NCBI GenBank assembly: GCA_018398765.1
Contig: JAHBMJ010000367.1
Span: 1-49,415 of the forward strand
Reading direction: 5' to 3'
Source of the DNA: Chromera velia
Lineage: Eukaryota
Length of the DNA: 49,415 nucleotides
In this document: piece by piece, positions 36,574 to 48,527 of the stretch
How the letters are laid out: each line of letters starts with the position of its first letter
Position numbering within the stretch: position 1 is the first letter of the stretch
Notes under the pieces: model-generated
What the model was told of the DNA's origin: nothing
Databases searched by the model: none
The model's input: the letters and a program-made list of their open reading frames with translations, nothing else
Position numbers and translations under genes: made by a program

Positions 36574-37990
36574 CACAGCCACAGAAGCAAACAACGGCAC
36601 GAAGACAAAGCGACACACGCAGGCGACCTTGATGAATTGCTCCTTTGTGATTTCCCCGTCGTCTCCCCCGACGAAGGCCGCGACCTTCTTTGCGAGATCC
36701 TTCAGGTCCTCTTCAGAGAGTTCAACACCGAGCAGTTCCTTCCCCTTCTCCTTCAGGAGAGCGACCAGCTCCTCCTCGGAGATCTTGCCGTCCTGCATGC
36801 GTGAGTGCTCTCAGGTACGATCGAGGATCGAGTTGGGTGAGGAACACATACGGATGCGAGCACGAGCACGTTCACACAGATGAACGGACGCGGAGAGATG
36901 GACTGAAAAGATGGAGAGACCGCATGCCACTAGAATAGCATAGGAGGAGAGGAAGGAAAAGAGAAAGTGTTGGCCATCAGACTTGTCTTTGTTGTCTGGC
37001 TCATGCACACAAACTGATGGTCGTCTGATCGTCTGCATGTCTGGCCTACCTACCCCGTTTTTGTCTGCCTCCAAGAAGAGGGCCTCCGGGTCTTTCCCCT
37101 GAGTGAATTTGGCGATGGCCTGGAAGACTTCCCCCACAGTGGGGGGCAGAACAGGAGCCAACGCCTGCATGGATGGATGGACGCACAAACAAACAAACAA
37201 ACACAGGTGGAGAGAAAGCGGAAGCGAGGAAGAGAGACAGGCGTGGAGTGAGAAAAAATGGCGCACACCAAGCGTCCTTTCTTTCTATTTGCCTCTCCTC
37301 TCGTCCTCTCATACAGATGAATGCTCGAACCACTGAGAGAGACAGAAAAAGAGAAAGACAGGCGGAGAGACTGACACAAAAAGTACGGCTCGTGCACGCT
37401 TGCGCACTTACACATGCACCACACCTGTTATCAGGCAGATAGGAAAAGAGACAGATCTCCTTTCAAACAAACAGAGACACACACATGGAAGCACGCAAAG
37501 AGGCAGGCAGGCAATCAAACTGACATCACACTCTGAGGTCTGGACGACGCCGTCTCCATTTTTGTCGAATTTTGTGAAGAGCGTTTCGACCTCCACCTTC
37601 GGGTCACCCGTGTCGCACTTCACTCCCAAAGACTTGGCGAAAGCAGCGATTTCATCCCTGCTCACCAATCCATCCTGACAGGAAGAAAAATACAAAAACA
37701 AAAAAAAAAGAACGGATGGCAAGAAGATGAGCCAAAACAAAAAACAATGCGAGAGGCATGCTTTTGAAGACTAATAATCAAATGACAACAAACAGCTCAA
37801 GAGAAACCGAAAGGAAAGGAAAGAAAATAAGTCGTCAGAAAGAAGGTCATCGAATTCGAGGGGGCTCACGAATCAATCACTTGGACCTCTCTGTCCTCAG
37901 ATCGAGAGTTCCTTCCCTCATTCTTCGACCTCTTTCGTCTCATCCTCTCCTCTTGGGCGGCTCTTTTCTCAGGGTGATTTCACTTTTTTG

Positions 37991-38023
<33 letters not shown>

Positions 38024-38024
38024 G

Positions 38025-38084
<60 letters not shown>

Positions 38085-38704
38085 TGAGTGAGTGAGTGTG
38101 TGTGTGTGTGTGTGTGCGTGCGTGTGTGTGTGTGTGTGTGTGTGTGTCTGTCTGAGTCAGTATGCCTACGCGCACGACGGCTTCCAGGCCCAGAGACCTG
38201 CCAGGAAGCTCCTTGAAGGAAAGCGGACCGGTTTTCTGCGGTAGTCAGGAGGCTTTTGTTTATGTGATGGTAGAGAAAATACTCTTGTTTCCCTCTCTGC
38301 CAGACATGCAATTCGACTAACAAACAGGCAGGCAGACCGACGCCGGATCTCAAACCTCCCTCCCGCCCTCTCACTGACTTTGTTGGTGTCCACCGTCTCA
38401 CACGACTCGATGGCCGAGCTAAAGTGCTGAACCTTCCTCTCGATTCGACTTCGTAGTTCTCCCAGGACAGTAGAGACAAACGGAGAGGAGGAAGAGGAGG
38501 AGGCAGACTCAACAGCCGCCGCTGCAGAGACACCACACAGAGCAAATGCCGACAGAACGATTTGCGCTGACGCTCGAGAAAAGAATGAACCTTTTTTTGG
38601 TCAACAGAGAGAGGACAACACCAAGTAGTCAAAAAGGGGCAAGGGAGAGGACACGACAGAAGAGAAAAACAAGCACCGCGAAGAAGCTCTTCTGAGGCCA
38701 ACAT
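35091..38704 (-). CDS. EF-hand calcium-binding protein, ~410 aa, 7 exons (38704-38677, 38590-38379, 37674-37525, 37164-37054, 36792-36628, 36229-36077, 35504-35091)
   Basis: EF loops DTNKDGLVSRDE, DKNGDGVVQTSE and DKNGDGKISEEE, plus a degenerate GGDDGEITKEQ. All phases are consistent. It has a hydrophobic N-terminal stretch (QIVLSAFALCGVSAAA) and a Pro-rich linker. The start codon and first exon are less certain. Confidence 0.85.
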
Positions 38705-40053
38705 TTCTCGAAGGATCTTGTGCTTCTGGTGAAAGGCAAAAAAGTAGGAAGGGGAGGAAGGAGGCACACAGGACACACCAGATGGGGTACTCCGAGGAGT
38801 CAGTCGGATGCCCTACAAAGTCAAAAAGTGAAAAAAATGAAACAAGAGAGGAGCTTCACTCAATTGACACGCGGAACGCTTTGTGAGGGAGGGAGGGAAG
38901 AAGAATGGAAGGAAAGTCGGAAGGACGAATCGGGAAAGAAGTACTCACCTAAGAAGGCCACTGTAAGTGTGGAAACCCACCAGCCGGGTAACCAGATCTG
39001 AGAAGGAGGGGCAATCATACACATGCAATTACGCACCTACACAGACGCACGTATGAACACGTATGTGCATGTGTGTATGTGTGTGTGTGTGTGTGCAGGA
39101 AACGACTGGGGGGCCGATCGGGAAAAGGGGCGCCCTAGAGATAGCCGGGAGCGGAGGGAGGGAACCAGATCTGGTTCGCGTGCGGGCGGGCGGGCGCTCT
39201 TGTGTGTGCTTCACATGCCGATAAGAAAAGGCAGGAGACAGGACTTGAGCAGGCGGTTTGGATGCCGTGTCTGAATGAAGCAGGTTATCCCGTCGTGCCA
39301 TTGGGCTACGTTGTTTCCCCATAGCTGATAGAGAAGTAGCGAGGTGCTTCCGTCTGAATGGGGGCAGAAGCAGGACGCGAGAAAAGGAGGCAGTGCACTT
39401 TCTGAGCTGCGTATCTTTTTTTCTCCGAGAAGGAAGTCTTGCAGAACTTGATCAAGCCTCTGATTGGTCTAGCTCACCCGCATCGGCCCCTCAGTTGCTC
39501 TGCAGATGTTCCTCCACCTCTTGTCAGCCTTTTCTTCGCAACGATCGGAGAGGAGCAGATGGACTAAGCAGCTGACATATATATGTGAGATCTAAAATGG
39601 ACCCACAAGCCCCTCTCACCACCACAAAACTCTCCTTTCAATTCAAACACGACCTTCGTCTGTCAAGGCGGTCCCCTACAAGATCCACGCGCATATATAG
39701 GCTAGTGTTGTGATGGAATAACAGCAGCGAGTAGTTCGAGAGGCAATGCTCAATGCTGCTTCGATTGTCGACGACTTCATTGGCCGGATGATGTCGGGAT
39801 GATATTAATACCGGGCCCGGCGGGCCGTCTCGAAATGTCGCGAATCAGATTTTTGCCCAGCTACGAATTAAAATTTGCTGACGCATGCACAAAGCGCCGC
39901 CACCAGTTCAGGGCCCAATGCGCGCCGCCACCGGGGCTAACTCATTTTGCGCCGTCGCCGCACCGCTCCCGACCCTTCGTGTCAAGCCAAGAAACTGCTC
40001 GGTCCGTTTCTGCTTGAAATCCTTTGTAGACTCCTTCCCAGTGAGTAGCAGCC

Positions 40054-40556
40054 ATGAGTGAGCAGACCTTCACCATCCGCACGCGAAAGTTCCAGAGCAA
40101 TCCGCTGCTCCAGCGGAAACAGTTCTGCATCGATGTGATGCACCCGAACCAGTCGACCATCTCCAAGAAGGACCTCCAGGGCAAGCTTGCCTCCATGTAC
40201 AAGGTCCAGGATCCCAAGAGCATCGTGCTCTTCGGGTTCAAGACTGCTTTCGGAGGTGGCAGAACTTCCGGCTTCGGTCTCATCTACGACAACTTCGCAG
40301 CCGCTAAGAAGTTCGAGATGAGATACAAGCTTGTGCGCGTAAGTAGAGACTTCTTGCTATCCCACTCAATTCTCCACCTCGCAGTACGGCCAGATTTGGT
40401 GTCTGGGCCTTTTCACCTTTTTCGCCCCTTTTTTGTGTGCAGATGGGCGCCATGGATGAGAAGTCCAGGACCGGCCGCAGAGGTCGCAAGGAGACCAAGA
40501 ACCGCGCCAAGAAGTGCCGCGGCAAGGAGAAGGCCAAGGTTCTCGGAAAGAAGTAA
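40054..40556 (+). CDS. RPS24: 40S ribosomal protein eS24, 132 aa, 2 exons (40054-40338, 40443-40556)
   Basis: MSEQTFTIRTRKFQSNPLLQRKQFCIDVMHP...FGFKTAFGGGRTSGFGLIYD...RKETKNRAKKCRGKEK; phase-0 GTAAGT...TGCAG intron. Confidence 0.98.
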
Positions 40557-41838
40557 AGAGTTTTTGTATCCCGAAGGAGAGAGGGGGCTGGAGCAATGGA
40601 GTTTGCGTCCTTGGGATCCTTTTCTGGAGTCTATGTTGCATTCCTCTGTTGTGTTCTGCTTCCTGACCTCTCCGTTCGTTTGGGATCAGATCAGAGGTCC
40701 TAGCAGATAAAAACCGAAAAGAAGAAGAAGGGATCTCTCTCACCCACATGTAGCTAGGGACACATCAGACACTCGAGAACCTGTGGGAACCTGGTGAAGA
40801 TCAATTTCTGCTCTGTCTGTCCTGCATATGTTATGTTCATCGAGGAATACCAGGACGAAGGGGGGCCCCAAAATCACCACTCGCGTGGGATCTCCGCTTC
40901 TCTGTCTCTTGCTTTGAGCAGCCTGGACTCCCCATCTTTACTTCTTTCAAGCACCGTCTTCCCATTCAGCCGCCTCTTTTCCTTCGCTGGACTGTTCGCT
41001 GCTTTATTTGGCACTGTGCCGCGCCTGTCCTCACTTCGCTCTGTATCTTCACTTGCCCCCATTCTCTCGCCTAGAGCCTCCACCGTTTTGTGTTTTTTGT
41101 GTAGTCTATGCGCTTCTGTCCTCCGCTTGCACTTTTGATCGTTTGAGGCCTCTGCATTTTCGTGTGTGTCCGGGTGACATTGATGTGATTGTGGCTCTGT
41201 TTCCTCTTATGTGTGTAACTCTTTCTTTGCGTGCGTGCGTGAGTGAGTGTGGGTGTGTGCATGTGTTCGTGGATGCTTACCGTTGAAATCATTTGTGTTC
41301 ATTTCTCAGTGCCTCCGTTCGCCCGGCTTTTTATTTCGTCTGTGTGGTCATTTGTCTGCCGTCTTGTTTTCCGCCTTTGTGTTTTCTTCTTGCTCTTCGC
41401 GGCCTTTTTTTTCCTTTGTCTGCTTGCACCCACCTGCCTTACTTCTTCTGTTTGTCTCCAATTCTTTCTGTCTGCGTTTCTCCTTTCGTTTTCTTTTGGT
41501 TCCACACATCAGGCAGTGCCTTCTTTCTTCTTCTCTTGAAAATTCCGTCTATCTTTCCATCAGCTGCTTTCTGAAATTCTCTTCATCTCTTCGTTGACCA
41601 TTCAGTCTCTCTCCATCGATAATGATCCCCTCCTCCGCAATACCGTTGTCCCTCTATACGTATAGTCGCGTGCATGCAGCTTTCAGGCAGCTGACCTCAT
41701 GACGGAGTGATGTGGGTCTGCCGCCGTTGTTCCTTCTTTTTGCCTTCTTCTTTCTTTTTTTCTTCCTTTCTTCCTTTCTTTTTTTCTTTCTTTCTTTCTT
41801 TCTTTCTTTCTTTTCTTTCTTTCTTTCTTTCTTTCTTT

Positions 41839-42098
41839 CTAGGCGCCGCACATTAAAAAAAAAGAAAAAAAAATTAGGCGTCCTCAAATTGGACCTCAAC
41901 TTTTTTTTTTCTTTTTTTAAATTTTTGTCAAAAGTTGGGTTCACATTTTGTGTGGAAAAGTAAGTTTGAGAGTCAAAAGTGGTTCTTTTCCTTTTGGCGG
42001 CACTTAAAATAAAAAAATAAGAAAAAATAATTTAGAAAGTATGCCTTAATTCCCAACTTTTTTTTTTCCCTATGTGCGGCGCCTACTAAGGCGCCTAG
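41839..42098. mobile_element. 260-bp MITE, same terminal family as 1260-1499
   Basis: Left end CTAGGCGCCGCACAT; right end ATGTGCGGCGCCTA followed by a duplicated terminal GGCGCCTAG. CTTTCTTT lies on both flanks, although the left copy is within an SSR. Interior is AT-rich. Confidence 0.75.
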
Positions 42099-42740
42099 CT
42101 TTCTTTCTGTTTCCCCCCTCGGTCTCCTTCACTAGCTCCGTGGATTGATCGATCCTTTTTCCCATCCCGCACCTCCCCTAAGCCCAGNNNNNNNNNNNNN
42201 NNNNNNNNNNNNNNNNNNNNCCCACACATATTTCTCTCAGACATACATTTTTTGTTAGACACGCACCTATACAAACACTATTTACATATATATTATTAAG
42301 TGATTGTAAACACATACGCACAGTGATTATAAACATATATGGAGGACCATTGGAGGTGCGGTCTCAGGTGCCAGTAGGTCGATTTCTTCTTTAATTGTTA
42401 AATTTTTGTGTATAAGCCCGGGGGGTTAAAGCCCCTCGCTATAGGTGGAGCAGAGGGGATAGAGTGGGGAGCAGGCCTTCCGCAGATACTTTTTTAAACT
42501 TCTGGGTATCTGTGTTTGAAGGAGAGAAACTTCCCGGCTTTTCTCTCCCCTCCAGCCCCCTTCTCCCTCCCCGGTCCTCTTTCTTCTCTCTCTCTCTCTG
42601 TGCGAGAAAGTCATTAAAGAAATAAACCCTAAGAAGGCAGCCGGACTTGAGGGTCTCTCTCCTAAGCAAGCTGCTCTATGTTTTGGCTCATCACGTCTCT
42701 CGCGTTTTCTTCTTTTTATCTTTTTTAATCTCTTTCCATA

Positions 42741-43810
42741 TTGTTCCAGAAGCATGCTGCTCCTGTTCTCTGCTTGTCGATGCACACTTCTTTTGTCTCT
42801 TTCCGTTTGGTAAGGGGCGCATGCCGAGCGAATTAATTTTTAAAGCGCGTAAGTCCCCATCCGGATCCTTAAATGCTGTGTGCGCCACCACTGGTCGGCT
42901 CGCCTCACGCATATCCATCTTTCCATGCGCTTCTCTTTTTGACTGATCCCGGCTCGCCTCTCCTGTCAGTGATTGCACGTTGAGTGACGCACGCTGAGTT
43001 CCGATTGTTTGTGCAAGTGATTGTCATCCTTAGAACTCTTTCACTTTTCGTTTGGGGCTTTCCGGGCTTCCCGTACGCGGGGACTCCGTCAGGCGTCTCC
43101 TCTCACATCTATTTTAACTCAAAATTCCTCATTGTTTCATCTCGATCGATTGCTAGAATTCAATGTTTCTCCTCTTGGAGTGGCTCTCTGCTTACCATTC
43201 TGTAACAACTTTCTTTGGAATAAGGACCTACGGATCGATTTCTTCGTGAGTTTTTATTTTTTTCTTCGTATATAGCTATAGATATTCGTTCTTATAGTCT
43301 AGCACACATCTCGTGGTGCCGGCTCCTTATTCCAGAGAAGGTTGTTACAGAATGGTAAGCAGAGAGCCACTCCGAGAGGAGAAACATTCAATTTTAGCAA
43401 TCGATTAAGATGAAACAATAAGGAATTTTGTGAGTCAAAATAGATGTGAGAGGAGACGTCTGACGGAGTCTCCACGTGCGGGGACCCCGGAAAGCCCCAA
43501 ACGAGAAGTGAAAGAGTTCTAAGGATGACAATCACTTATGTAAATAATCGGAACTCAGCGTGCGTCACTCAATGTGCAATCACTGACAGGAGAGGCGAGC
43601 CGGGATCAGTCAAAGAGAGAAGCGCATGGAAAGATGGATATGCGTGAGGCGAGCCGACCAGTGGTGGCGCGCACAGTATTTAAGGATCCGGATGGGGACT
43701 TACGCGCTTTGAAAATTAATTTGCTTGGCATGCGCCCCTTACCAAACGGAAAAAGATAAAAGAAGTGCGCATTAACAAGCAAAGAACAGGAGCAGCATGC
43801 TTCTGGAACA
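42741..43810. repeat. Long inverted repeat: arms ~42741-43226 and ~43324-43810, ~100-bp spacer
   Basis: The arms are reverse complements with scattered substitutions. The ORF track shows mirrored near-identical peptides (MQSLTGEASRDQSKREAHGKMDMREASRPVVA) on opposite strands. Confidence 0.95.
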
Positions 43811-45870
43811 TTATGCTTTCACCTCTTCTCTTACTGGCTGCCCACATAGAATTTTCCTCACATCGTCCCCATCCCTAAAGGCCCTGTGTCTCCATTGGCA
43901 GATGAATGGAGGCCCATACATATAGCAAGTCTTCTTAAAGTTGCCAAGCTCTTTGCCCTGCTTATGGATTCTCGTCTCCGTCTGAGAACGAGGATCGATG
44001 ACAGACAGATAGGCTTCAGGAAAGGGGTGGGGACTAGAGAGGCGATTCATGCTTTGTTTGTTTTATCGGAAACTGCAAGAAACAAAAACAGACCGTTGTT
44101 TGCTTCCTTTGTGGACTTCAGTAAGGTGTTTGACAAAGTAGACAGGAAAAGACTGATAGAGAGGCTTAAGGAAGAAGGGCTGGGGGAGGGGGGCATTTGA
44201 ATGATTCATGCGATGTATGTCAAAGTAATGGGGAAGATTGGGGGCTCGAACAATATGTTTGAGGAAGGAACAGGAGTCAAGCAAGGGGACCCACTTTCTC
44301 CTCTTCTCTTTCTTCTTTTTATCAATAATATCCATACCTCCATTAGTCTTCAATGTAGGGAGCTCCGGCAAGAGGAACGAGCAAACCTTCCCGAGGAAGC
44401 GAGCGCCCGATGGAAGGCGGAGTTAGAGGCTCAGCCCAGAGCCTTAAACTCCTCCCCCCCAGACACACCCCCGACAGAAGTGAGGTTAGGAGACCTACTG
44501 CTGGAGAGCATTAATTGGATATACTGATGACCTCGTCATCTTCGGACACTCCCCCCAAGACCTCCAGAAGAGGATTGATCGGTTGGCTACCTATTATGAC
44601 AAGTGGGGGCTGACGGTAAATCTGAAGAAGACAAAGGTGATGAGATTGGCAGGTAGAGGGGGGGTAGATAAAATTCGTTTCAAGGATCGGACAGTTGAGT
44701 GGGTAAAGAGTTACAGATATCTTGGCTGTCAGGTTTTTTCTGATGCGAACCCCCGCAAGTCTGTGACCGCCAGACTTGAAGCCGCAGAAAGGGGAGTTGG
44801 ACGGCCTATATGGGTCTATGACACTGTATGCATCAATAGGTATGCTCTCCTCCCACAGTCGTATGTCCCTTTTTAAGGGGATGTGGGAGCCTATCGCCAC
44901 CTATTCCCTTGAAGCTCTCCCCATTTAAGAATCTGACATCCGATGCTTAGACTCCCTCCAGCTTCGTTTTATGTGTTGGTCTCTCCGTCTGCCCTAGAAT
45001 TTTTTTGTGTTTCCCAGTGGCACCCTTGTAGCTGTTGGGCTGAGGCCCATGAGAGAGATTCTCAGTGTCAGAGTGGGGGGGTATTTGAGAAGCCTCTCCC
45101 TTACTCGATTGGCTTTGCCTCAAGCATTGTGGGCATGCCACAGGAGGGGGGAGTTAAGGGCGTGGTCGGGGTCTGCAAAGATTCTGAAGCTTGTGTAACC
45201 CGTCAGTCCTGCCCTCCTGGAAGGTAAACCAGATGAAGTCGATTTCAGAACATCAGATAGCAAGCTAAGAAGGGGAACGAGAAACAGAGAAGTGAACGAA
45301 TGGATGGAGGACTGGGTAAACCCGGTCTCCATCATAGAAAAGAGAGAGGGGAGGCAGGAGAAACAAGGAATACATGGGAGTACGTCTTTTCCTCCGTCTG
45401 TTTGCCTGACCGAATATCAGAAGGAGAATAGTAGCAGCCAACGCTTTACAAAATTGGTTCTCGGAAGCTTGGTGGAGGGGAGGGAGGGCTTATAGTCTGC
45501 CTCGGCAGAACCTCTCCCCAAGCAGTTCTTGTCTTCCCCCGGGGCAGTTTTCTGCCCTTTGTTGTGCGCCATTGTTGGAGGGGGGGCAAACCATGGGGGG
45601 AGGGTTGAATCAATTTATAAAGCCTGTGAAGAAAAAAGTTGGAAGAAATTGATTGATGATCCGATTCACCGTTTGACAACTTATATCCGAATGGAGGGGC
45701 CGCGGAGGAGACTGAGTGATCCCTGGTATAAGCGACTGGAGCGTATGTCGATAGAAGAAGTATGTGAGCACGGAGAGAAACAGGAAGCCCGAGGGGGTAG
45801 GAGGGTGGGGCAAGCCGAGGAGCGGGTAAGGCGGTACTTCTCACTTCTTCTTCAGAGGGATACCTGAAAG
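43811..45870 (+). mobile_element. 5'-truncated, decayed non-LTR (LINE-type) retrotransposon: RT domain and C-terminal region
   Basis: Motifs WRPI, QIGFRKG, FVDFSKVFDKVDR, GVKQGDPLSPLLFLLFIN, YTDDLVIF (after a frameshift), WGLTVNLKKTKVM and YRYLG. It has several stops and frameshifts and no endonuclease domain. A possible (CAT)n tail lies near 46061-46077. Confidence 0.93.
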
Positions 45871-46206
45871 GCCAGTGCCCTCATTGCTGCATGCCTAGGA
45901 CCGGACTGATCGATCCTGGGGAGCAGTGTGCTGCTAGCTAGTAGTCCTAAAGTTCGGCCGCTTTACGTGAGCATTCGCTAGCGTACTCCTAGCTTATAAT
46001 ATGACATGAATGCTTACAGACTGTCTTTTGCCATTGGGATACGATGGCTGGTGGATTAAGTCATCTCATCATCATCAGGTAAGCCCTTATGTGTAAACCT
46101 CTAAAACTGTCTTCAACCTGGTGATATTAGCATAAAACATACATAGAACTCTGATCGATTCCAAGTTTTATGACTAGTCTTATGAGGTCATCACACCTAG
46201 CACCAT

Positions 46207-48527
46207 ACGCAGTATCATCTATGAAGAATGACAAAATAAAATATCTGTATATCGAAAATATTTGATTATGAAATATCCAAATATCAGGAAATTTAAAAAT
46301 ATGTGAGGATATTTGTGATATTTCAAGATATTTCATAATATTTCACCAAATAATCATTTCGAATAATTTGATTATCATTATCATTATCTTGTATATGAGT
46401 CAGGCCTAGGGTCAGACTACGAGTCAGATCTAGGGTCAGACTGATACTAGAGACTGATATCGCGATTCGCGATACCCTAGTCAGCTTCATGGCTATTCAT
46501 GGCATATAGGTTGCGGGATCGACCGCGCGCCGGCCACAGATGCCGGGGCCAAAGACCTCGGTTCTTGTCTAGATCTGTACACCTCCGCGACCTTGATTAA
46601 CGTGAAACATGCAGGAGCTCACCCGATCTCCACACCCATCCGTCACGCAACGCCGGCTTCGTGCGAATACTAATGGAAAGTTCGCTGAAAGATGTCAAAC
46701 CAGTAGCGTGCCCCTCAAGTAACCTGTACGGGACCAATATTAACGCATGCATACAACTTAATTGGCATTTGTTGTCTGTATCTGACGTAAGCAAGCTTGC
46801 AAACGGCCCCGGAAAGCAAGAAAAACGAGAACTGACACGATTAACGCATGCCGGTCAGTTGACCATGCCTAGTTACGCCGATTCCCCCCCCCCCCCCCCC
46901 NNNNNNNNNNNNNNNNNNNNNNNNNNNNNNNNNNNNNNNNNNNNNNNNNNNNNNNNNNNNNNNNNNNNNNNNNNNNNNNNNNNNNNNNNNNNNNNNNNNN
47001 NNNNNNNNNNNNNNNNNNNNNNNNNNNNNNNNNNNNNNNNNNNNNNNNNNNNNNNNNNNNNNNNNNNNNNNNNNNNNNNNNNNNNNNNNNNNNNNNNNNN
47101 NNNNNNCGGAAAAAAAGCCCAGGGGTAAGCTGAAACCCATCTGACGCACGCATGGCGCAAATTAGCCGTTTGGGGCCGGATTTTTGGCGAAAGACACTGC
47201 GTGGGCTGAGGTATTTCTGTTTTGTAAGTGCCCCCTGCTTCGCTTTCCGGGGCCATACCAGGCAATTAAGCAAAATAAGATCTTCGATGGCAAAAAAGAA
47301 GTTTTAAAAAACTGGTATAGGACAGACATAGCTGCATGTCCTCCTGTACATCTGGACCAAATGGAGGTAACAGGCCCACCAGTAAGTCTAAATTTGCAGT
47401 CAATTCTGCGTCTCTCAGCAGCAGCTTTTTGGCTGACCTTGCTACAAGAATTAGTGGACTCTGCATGGTTCAATGAAGCATCCGTCTAGACACGTGGTAA
47501 GAGAATCAAATCTTTAGGCCAAGAGTCCTATGCGAAGATATACATGCAGACGTTGAAATTCTCTCTAATTTGATCTTTTCTGCTTAAATGACGGCCTCTC
47601 CACTTTCATCGTTCTGTTAGTTTGCATGACGGCCTCTCCACTTTCATGTTTCTGTCTGTTTGCATGACGGCCACTTCCTAGGGCCACTTCATTTTCATCA
47701 TTCTGTCGGTTTACATGACAGCCTCTCCACTTTTATCGCTCTGTCTGTTTGTATGACGGCTTCTCCATAGCCATCTTTCTGTCTGTTTGCATAATGGCCT
47801 CTCTACTTCCATCGACTTCTATCTTTCTCTCGGTTTGCATGACGGCTTCTCCACTTTTATCGCTCTGTCTATTTACATGATGGCCTCTCCACTTTCATCT
47901 TTCTGTTGGTTTGCATGATGGCCTCTCCACTTCCACCTTAAGTTTCTGTCGGTTTGCATGATAACCTCTCCACTTCTACCTTTCTGTCTGTTTGTATGAC
48001 GGCCTCTCCACTTTCCTAGCCACTTTCATATTTCTGTCTGTTTGCATAACGGCCTCTCCACTTCCATCGACTTTTATCTTTCTGTCTGTTTGCACGACGG
48101 CCTCTCCACTTTCATCTTTCTGTTAGTTTGCATGACGGCCTCTCCACTTCCACATTTCTGTCTGTTTGCATGACGACCTTTCCACTTCCACCTTTCTGTC
48201 TGTTTGCATGACGGCCTCTCCACTTTCATGTTTCTGTCTGTTTGCATGACAGCCTCTCCACTTCCATCAACTTCCATCTTTCTGTTTGTTTGCATGACGG
48301 CCTCTCCACGGCCTCTCCATTTTTTAAAACAAATATATGGAAATATCTTCAAATATCTTTCCTTTAAATAATTTGATGCAGTCAGATATTTAAAGATATG
48401 AAATATTATGAAATATCTTAGATATTTGGGATACGAGAAGATATTTAATGGAGGATAGAAATAATTAGAAATATCCTTAAATATCTTAAATATTTCAGTT
48501 TGTCATTCCTTATAGATGTTGCTGCGT
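46207..48527. mobile_element. ~2.3-kb element bounded by imperfect terminal and subterminal inverted repeats (probable non-autonomous DNA transposon)
   Basis: 46207-46244 matches the reverse complement of 48490-48527 at 32/38 nt. AGATATTTCATAATATTTCA (~46326-46345) is the exact reverse complement of ~48399-48418. Both ends are rich in GATATTT/AAATATC. The interior contains an N gap (46901-47105). No TSD could be resolved. Confidence 0.65.
47587..48320. repeat. 38-bp minisatellite, ~17-18 diverged copies
   Basis: Consensus ATGACGGCCTCTCCACTTTCATCTTTCTGTCTGTTTGC; several units carry 5-13-nt internal insertions. Confidence 0.95.

Noticed and set aside
38720..38812. In-frame TGA formed at a candidate splice junction (selenocysteine idea)
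   Set aside because: There is no selenoprotein-like context and no SECIS identified. A simpler model with the ATG at 38704 explains the gene.
40339..40710. 218-aa ORF suggesting an extended eS24
   Set aside because: This is read-through of the 104-nt intron. Splicing restores the normal C-terminus ending at 40556.
47587..48320. CRISPR-like periodicity (38-bp units)
   Set aside because: The units are contiguous diverged copies with no unique spacers, there are no cas genes, and the context is eukaryotic.
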